A stretch of DNA of 55,529 bases, counting the filler, from Squatina squatina (taxonomy: Eukaryota), in assembly GCA_031763465.1 (NCBI GenBank). It is 4 parts of 4 records of this genome, joined end to end, with 100 filler letters (N's around TTAATTAATTAA, not from the genome) between each part and the next. Parts side by side here need not be neighbours in the genome. Positions count along the whole stretch, not along the records: positions 42,497 to 55,529 come from JARFOE010000194.1; 3 more parts are not named here. One strand, written 5' to 3'. The notes under the pieces were generated by a model that was not told the origin of the DNA, made no database searches, and saw only the letters and a program-made list of their open reading frames with translations. This document shows positions 47,791-55,529 of this stretch, piece by piece. Both the position numbers and the translations under genes were made by a program. The first letter of the stretch is position 1; each line of letters starts with the position of its first letter.

Positions 47791-48111
47791 CAGCTCGACA
47801 CATCAATAACCAGAAACTGTTCCAAGTTGGCAATTTACAGCAAACTGATTTATGTCGTATTGAACTCTGCAAGAAAAAAAAATGAATAAACACTAAGAAA
47901 TATACTTAACCGAATTTGTACTTTTACAGTTACTCTGTTTAGCAAAATGCTGTTTCCTGAAGGAAGGTCCTTGTGCTGATCTATTTATTCTAATTAGCTC
48001 CCATATGCTACATTGTTATTCTCCCACATCACTGTGGTTAACCTTTATGAATTGAGTTTAATGTTGTTATTGTATTGCTTTGGCAATCATATTTGTTTAC
48101 TTTTTCCTCAG

Positions 48112-48375
48112 CTTTGCACCAGAACTCTGTGTTCCTCCATCTCTGGCCTCTTGTGCATCTCCCACTTCCTTCGCCCCACCATTGGTGGCTGTGCCTTCAA
48201 CCGTTCAGGCCCTAAACTCTGGAATTCCCTCCCTAAACCTCTCTACCGCTCTCTCCTCCTTTAATATGCTCCTTAAAATCTACCTCTTTGACCAATGTTT
48301 GTCTAATAACACTCCTGTGAAGCGCCTTGGGGCATTTTACTGTGTCAAAGGTGCTATATGAATAAAAGTTGTTGT
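48112..48375 (+). mobile_element. L2 LINE 3' end
   Basis: RTLCSSISGLLCISHFLRPTIGGCAFNRSGPKLWNSLPKPL; tail resembles 2830-2906. Confidence 0.8.
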
Positions 48376-51300
48376 CTGACATTTGGATTCTCCAAAAAAT
48401 GCACAGCTGTGAAACATAGTTGCCACGACAGTGTATCTCACCAATCCCCCTTTCTGGAAATGGAGCTGCTCTATTATATTATGCAGTGATTTCACCTACT
48501 TTGAGGATTGTGGGTAACAAACATGGCCATTTTGGTTTGTATGCCATTATAAAAGACTCACTGTGTCATATAGGATAACCTATTGTTCTCCCCATTGAAC
48601 TGGCTGGATAGATCTCTCATTGAATGCTAAACAGCACCATGGTTGTTCTGTGTTTACATAATAGGGGTAACTTTCTGAATTTGTGCTTTTGGAAGCATAT
48701 ATCAGAAGCTTGAGCATGTGCTGTGTAAATTGCCTGACCATAATGGTTGGAAAATTATCGTCAGCGTGTGCCCGAATTTCCAATATACGTTCGCAGCAAG
48801 CAAGGCTGAAGTTGGAAAATGACCCCACCTGTCTGTCAGTCTTAGCAAGTGGGCAGTACTTAAAAAAAAACTGTTGTCTCAAAGGGACAAGCCAACCTGA
48901 AGCCAAGGATCCGAGTTTCTCTAAATTCAGTTACTTCAACAAATTAACTCAAGCCGACGCAACTTTTGAGCAGTTTTGTGCTCATATTTCCTCACATGGG
49001 AGTTCACTTTTCATATGCATGTTTATTCAGCGCCAAAAGGAACAGATGAAATATTTCTTTGAGGTTTCCTGATGCATGGGTGTGTGAGGAGAGCTCAGCT
49101 TATAATATCACAGCACCATCAACTTAATGTGGCACTGAACTCCCAAGGGATTCAAGAGGGTCTTCCTGGCTATTCCAAAATTCTCCATTACAGTGCCCTG
49201 TCCCTTTTGCTCTAACCCAGAAAGGAATTCTCTCCACTACATAAAATGTGAAAAGTGCTAGAGTGGGACATTCAACAGACAGTGTTAAATCAATTCATTC
49301 CCCACCCTGCAGTGACAAAGAACTTTTGTATATCAATACACAAACACAATCACTCAGAACAATGATCAATTCTAAGATGACTAACATTTTTCCGAGGTTG
49401 TCATTATGAGATGCAGTTATTTAGCGAGCACTATACATACCTATCATGGTGTAAAGAAGTCACAAAAGTATTAATACAAAATCCATATTAAAGCATGACA
49501 GATTTATTTCATCTTCCACTATAGTGTGGGGAGGCATTTAGGATTTAAATGATTAATAGCCAGCACTACCATCTAAAATGTGAAAGATATCTTTGTTCTT
49601 ACTATCATACTGTCACTGAGTTAAATCAAAGAAAACAAATACAGTTCCTAAAACCACATGAAAGTGTCCTATTAAAAGTACAGCAGGAAACACTTAGCCA
49701 AGATGAAACACCTATATTGCGGTTTTAAACAACTACTTTACCTTTTCTTCACCAAACTGCAAGTTTGGTATTTTAGTAGACAGTGCAAACCTATTTTCTG
49801 CTGCCTCTTACTCCTAGTTTTATGGTCTAATGCTTTATGTTATGTCCCCATTGTTAGGGATTTCTTATTCTGAAATTCCTGGATTGTGAAAATCTCATCA
49901 ACAACAAACCTTCCTGAAAAGCAGAGCCTTTACCAGTAAACAGTACATCCAGGCGACTGAACAAGAGAGGCACAATGGCCAAGGCTACTTGGATCTTTCA
50001 CAGCACACAAACAAGAAGTCATTGGACTTTATATATCACACAATGACCTTTCAGACAAACATCTTACCGGATTTGAATCTGAGCACAGTTCCAGGCACCC
50101 TGCAGTAAAGGGACAAACCAATCTGCTGTCAAGAAGCTTAGGAAGTGAAGGCTATACTTCTGTGGTCATCACACAGTGTTCCATGACTATATTCTAATCT
50201 CTTTCTTGCTCTCTGGAGAGAATGTGTGTGAGAGAGGCAGAGACAGCGTGTACCACTAAATGACTTCAGCAGACAGGAGTCTCCATGGGTTCTGTTGGAA
50301 TTAGGCCACTGCTCATTAATTCTTCAGAGAGCTTTTGAAAACATAACCTATCTGGTCAGTGCGGGTTAACACTTAGGTTGCTAGGCACAAGGCTAATCTG
50401 TCTGCTGTAAAAAGCCATCTCNNNNNNNNNNNNNNNNNNNNNNNNNNNNNNNNNNNNNNNNNNNNNNNNNNNNNNNNNNNNNNNNNNNNNNNNNNNNNNN
50501 NNNNNNNNNNNNNNNNNNNNNNNNNNNNNNNNNNNNNNNNNNNNNNNNNNNNNNNNNNNNNNNNNNNNNNNNNNNNNNNNNNNNNNNNNNNNNNNNNNNN
50601 NNNNNNNNNNNNNNNNNNNNNNNNNNNNNNNNNNNNNNNNNNNNNATCAGGGGCCCCAGGATTGTAACCCTGATGGTGACAGGTTGATGGATGAGTTTCC
50701 AAATAGACAATTAAGACCCTGACATCACCAACTCCTGCCTCCCAATTCAATTCTCATCAACTCTGCACTCTGTGACCAGTATCTTTTAAAATCGAACAAT
50801 GGGAATCGAGGTCAAATAAAAAAAATCTCCAATATAATATAGTACCTTTGACACAAGTGCAAAGGTGAATCAGGAGTGTATTAAACCAACAGTGGTTCAC
50901 CTTGAAAAGGCTTTACCACTTACTGACCTATATAAGTGTTTCAAACAGTTAATAATTGACCCCTGCAAAAGACAGCAGTTTAGTTAAAGATGAGAAAAGC
51001 TCCCCTATTGACTCATGGCGTCTATTGGGAAAAGAGCATGGTCCTGACAGACCAGCGTGGTACCAGTTTTGATTGCCAGTTTGTGAAGTTAGCTGATCTC
51101 ACCTGTCTACAGTTGGCCTCAGTGACTCTCAGTTATGGAGGGGCAAATAGGCCAGGCTTCCTGCTTTCATTCATTATCCTCTGTCCTCAGATGAAAGTAA
51201 AGAAAGCACTTGCATTTATATAGCGCCTTTCACAACTTCAGGACGTCCCAAGCTATGATGATCTCACTCTCTTCATATTTTCTCCAATAATTTCACTCTG

Positions 51301-51729
51301 TATAATAATCTAACAATTTAGTCAAGGCCTATTTCCAGATTAAATGCCTATGATTCACTATACAATGTGTACCATTCATCATATTGTATGTAGGTATTGC
51401 AGCACGATAACTAGGGTGCAGGGGCAGGGCGCCCAGATCATGTGGACACAAAGACAAGCGATATTCATGGTGGCAGATCATTATAATGAACCAGGCATGC
51501 AGTCAGTGCCACCCGTGCTACTCATTGGCTGAACGCCTCTTTTTTTGGGGGGTGGGGGGGAAATCAGGCTTCACTGCCACTTAAAGGCAGCCTACATCTC
51601 TTAAAGGGGAGGTGCATTCTGCCTGCAGNNNNNNNNNNNNNNNNNNNNNNNNNNNNNNNNNNNNNNNNNNNNNNNNNNNNNNNNNNNNNNNNNNNNNNNN
51701 NNNNNNNNNNNNNNNNNNNNNNNNNNNNA

Positions 51730-52250
51730 CCTCAACTATTCCTTGGAGCGAGTTTCACAGTCTAACCCCTCTCTGGGTAAAGAAGTTCCTCCTAAATTCC
51801 TATTAGAATTGCTAGTGACTTATCTTTTACTTATGGCCCCTAGTTCTGGTTTCCCCTGCAAATGTAAACATCTTTTTACAGAGGATGTATGTTACAAAAA
51901 CTGACCATTCGGCCCAACCAGTCCATGCTGGCATTTATGCTCCACACAGTGTGAATGAGTAGTTGAGCCTCCTCCCGTCTTTCGTCATCTAAATCTATCA
52001 GCAGATAACCCTCTAGTCCCTTCTCCCTCATGTGCTTGTCTTGCCGCCTCATTCTCTACCATATCAAACCCTTTCATAACCTTACAGACCTCTATCAAGT
52101 CACCCCTCAGCCTTCCCTTTTCTAGAGAAAAGAGCCCCTGTCTGTTCAGTCTTTATAATCTCTCAATTCTGGCGTCATCCTAGTAAGTTTTTTGTACCTT
52201 CTCCAGTGCCTCTATATCCTTTTTGTAATATGGAGATCAGACTGTTCTGG
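51730..52250 (-). mobile_element. CR1 3' fragment interrupted by an HE1-type tail
   Basis: 'ccctctgggtaaagaagttcctcctaaattcc' and 'cacccctcagccttcccttttctagagaaaagagccc'; inserted tail at ~51885-52040. Confidence 0.75.
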
Positions 52251-53086
52251 TACTGTTCTTTTTGATGCAACTTAGTTTCTTAACAATAACTATTCAATAG
52301 GATGCGAGTGTGATTTTTAAAAAATTCTCTGAACATGTCTGGTAGAAAATTGCNNNNNNNNNNNNNNNNNNNNNNNNNNNNNNNNNNNNNNNNNNNNNNN
52401 NNNNNNNNNNNNNNNNNNNNNNNNNNNNNNNNNNNNNNNNNNNNNNNNNNNNNCTTCCAAATTTATCACGCAGCAGCTACACAGTATTAGATTTCAACTC
52501 GACAATGCATGCCATTCTTTCCTGTTCCCAGTTGGGAGCAGCTAGAGGCTTCCCTGTTATACCCACGAAGAAGTGAAGGGATTTTTGAAACGCAAGCTGC
52601 GCCTTTTGAAGTGGTTAAGTAAATAAGAATTTATAGTGACGCCCTTCTCTTGTTAATTGATCCCCTTAAGTTTTGGTTACAGTGTGGGTGGTGTGTGGCT
52701 TTCTGTGGTAACATGTGCAGTACTGTATTCCCTCACTTTCATACGCACCCTGAAGGATTTCTTTGCCATTTGGAATACATCTAAAGCAATACCATGAATG
52801 AGGATTAAAAGAAAACCATGATGGCAGGTTGGAAGGATCTCAAGGAACGGGTCTTCGCAAACTTACTGACACTTTGTAACAGGTGTCTCCTCTGCAAAGC
52901 AAAGAGGGTGTGAAAGGACATGTCAATCAACTTTTCNNNNNNNNNNCCATTTGCGAGGGCTAACCTTGATTTCTTGACCTTTTGCCTGGTTCACATTAGC
53001 TGAAAACTCCATTCCTGCTACAGATCATCCAAGCGCAACACATCGACATGGCAAGTGACCTGTAACAAGGTCCTCAACACAATAGG

Positions 53087-53132
53087 GATGGATAGATAGA
53101 TAAATAGATGGATAGATGAGATAGATAGGATA
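53087..53132. repeat. Imperfect (GATA)n microsatellite
   Basis: gatggatagatagataaatagatggatagatgagatagataggata. Confidence 0.85.
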
Positions 53133-53621
53133 AAATGAATGAGTACTTGACTGCAATGAATATTTTATTAGTAACATGGTTAATGTAAGTATATCTAGTG
53201 CACCATGTCATTAAACACCTACCGCGTAGAGTAATATATAACCAGATAAATGACAGGGCAGTTCCACAGTTGCTATGGGTTACGATAAGGGGCCCACTTT
53301 TCTTCTAATAAAGAGAACAACTTTCTGTTCTGGAATGCTTTACTGTGCCTGTCATTTCCTAACACCTGTTCGAACATTTTATTATTGTGACTGAAACAAA
53401 AAAAAGGCTTCAATGACTGTTGACTCAGTGAAAGGTGGATGGGCTTGAAAAGTTAACTGGGCCTGTTTCACTGGTGATAGTAAATATTTCTGTGTGAGCA
53501 ACCCCTACTGTATCCTGCTTTNNNNNNNNNNNNNNNNNNNNNNNNNNNNNNNNNNNNNNNNNNNNNNNNNNNNNNNNNNNNNNNNNNNNNNNNNNNNNNN
53601 NNNNNNNNNNNNNNNNNNNNN

Positions 53622-53698
53622 CTTATCCACTCTGCTAGTTACATCCTCGAAAAATTCTATAAGATTTGTCAGACATGATTTACCTTTCATAAATCCAT
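53622..53698 (-). mobile_element. CR1 RT fragment
   Basis: GFMKGKSCLTNLIEFFEDVTSRVDK. Confidence 0.85.
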
Positions 53699-55529
53699 TT
53701 ATTACTTAAATGCCTGGTCACTGGGATTCTGAGTGGGAGGGGGTGGATGGAGGTGCGATGACAATTGACAGGAGAAGATAGTGCCCTCCCCGCCCCAAGC
53801 TCTGCAATGTGCCAGTATTAATCCTCCGTCTGCTAAATAAACAGAAATCCAACACAGGTTGAATGATGACCGAAATTATGATTGACACTCTTTAATAAAC
53901 AACCATGCCTATGGTCGTTTCACCCTACGTGAAGCGATCTTACCCACTCATCATCTGTCATCACTGTAACATTATCACAACGCTGATTGTTTGTCCATCA
54001 GTAAAACATTACCAGTATGACGAGACTGCAGGGCTAACAAAAGCTGTCAAATCCCGTTAGCCATTAATCAGCGCAAACCCACGTTTAACTATTAACTTTT
54101 GTTTATGTGTGTGTGGGACTGCAAGCTTTATCGCTTGTCACCAGTCAGTGAACCCCCACATCTGTGCTGCATTTTGCAAATTAAATGTGCACGAAAGCAG
54201 ATCGAATTCAAAAGGAACTGGAATGAATTTATACACTAATTAACATCAAAATGACAGACAAATATTGGACGTCAACAAACAAAACCTAACTGAGATTCTC
54301 TGCTTAGGGGCCAGGAAAGGGCTAGGTCGAACCAATGGAGCATTTCAGTACTCTCCCTCTAAATTGCCTCTGGCTTGCTGTCTCACCTTTGCCCGTGACT
54401 TTTGGGATACTTGAAAGAAAATAGAGCTACGTCGGCCTCCAGCACTCCCCCACGTTGGTCTTGTTCTGATCTNNNNNNNNNNTGATCTCGCAACCCTTGT
54501 CGCTCAGCACTCTTTCCAACCTTTGTCTTGTTGTCACAGATTATCAAACTAAAACACTTTACCAATTCAGGTTTGGTTAGCATAACCCCTCCCCTCCACT
54601 TCTGTCTTTCTTATCGAGGATCTATAATTAACAAACTCTCCCGAGCAACCGTCACGTCTTTCAAAATAGAAAATGTAAGACGTTAAGCAAGTACTTACCT
54701 GAGAGCTAATTACAAAGCAGTATTATTTCTTCCCAGAATAATCGTCCTGCAATTGCCTCTGACTGTAAAACCAATATGCTGCTAAGAAGTATTTGATCCT
54801 GGGATTTCTGTTCCGTGTGTATAAGATTTTATTTTAATTAGTTTGGAAGCATCTGATGCTCTCTGAGTGCTCCAGCAGATAAACACCTTCCCTAACTGCG
54901 AATCAAAATTATTTTTATCCATAAAAGGCATTGACTAGAGCTGTAAAGAAAATGGTACCTGCTGCAAAAATTGCAGAGCTGCCTAACTGTAACCCCTTCA
55001 AGAAGCAAAGGTCTACCAAAAATAGATATTTGTGTTGGATGAGTTTAGCTTTTTTTGAATTGCTTCTGTAAGATAGAGACGAAAGATTTTTTGTGTGAGG
55101 ATTCCATTTGGGAAACTATATCTTTTTTAAAAAGCTGTTATTTTGTCTTATGTTTTTGGGCTGGATGAAGGGAATCAGATAAATCAGCTCACAAGCACTT
55201 CACTGCAAATATAGATCCGTATCTCCCACAAATCTGTATCATAATACTTGGGAGTAATTTTGACTTTGTGCAATTGAGTAACACAGGTGTCAGCAGCCCA
55301 TTTCATATCTCTCCTGATTTTTATTTCTCTTGCCTTCCTTCGATTCGCTATCACCCGTTTTACACTGTCGCACAAAGTCAAATCTACCTTGGGTGTCTTG
55401 GGCTTCAAATCCCTCATAGGCATCACTTCTCAAAGGCATTTTTTTTGAACTCCTTCTTGGGATGTGGGCATCACTGGCAAGGCCAGCAATTTATTGCTCA
55501 TCCCTAGTTGCTCTGAGAAGTTAGCGTTG

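Noticed and set aside
27428-55529. Upstream RGS12 exons or alternative RGS12 promoters
   Set aside because: No PDZ, PTB or N-terminal RGS exon was found, and the region lies beyond artificial linkers, so it cannot be tied to RGS12.

Overview
Eukaryotic, AT-rich, repeat-dense vertebrate DNA, most likely a shark or other elasmobranch (HER1/HE1-type CR1 tails, Deu-domain SINEs). It comes from a heavily gapped draft assembly. Three identical linkers (44 N + TTAATTAATTAA + 44 N, at 13450-13549, 27328-27427 and 42397-42496) split the window into four probably unrelated ~13-15 kb scaffolds. Scaffold 1 (1-13449) holds three WD40 exons of a POC1 gene (POC1B by synteny) and the terminal coding stretch plus 3'UTR of the plasma-membrane Ca-ATPase ATP2B1, both on the minus strand. 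Scaffold 2 (13550-27327) holds a complete intronless profilin-3-like gene (+) convergent with the 3' half of RGS12 (-; RGS, RBD2, GoLoco and ATFV-tail exons). Scaffold 3 (27428-42396) holds one BCAS4/cappuccino-family exon, a Harbinger-type Myb/SANT remnant and palindromic repeats. Scaffold 4 (42497-55529) is mostly decayed CR1/L2 sequence with a promoter-like segment and unassigned exon-like pieces. I found no convincing novel molecular system. The best leads are a PFN3-like gene beside RGS12 rather than RGS14 (a possible retained ohnolog), an intronic stop plus poly(A) signal that would give a short-tail RGS12, and deeply conserved ATP2B1 3'UTR and RGS12 tail motifs. All homology calls come from manual translation and remembered reference sequences, not database searches.
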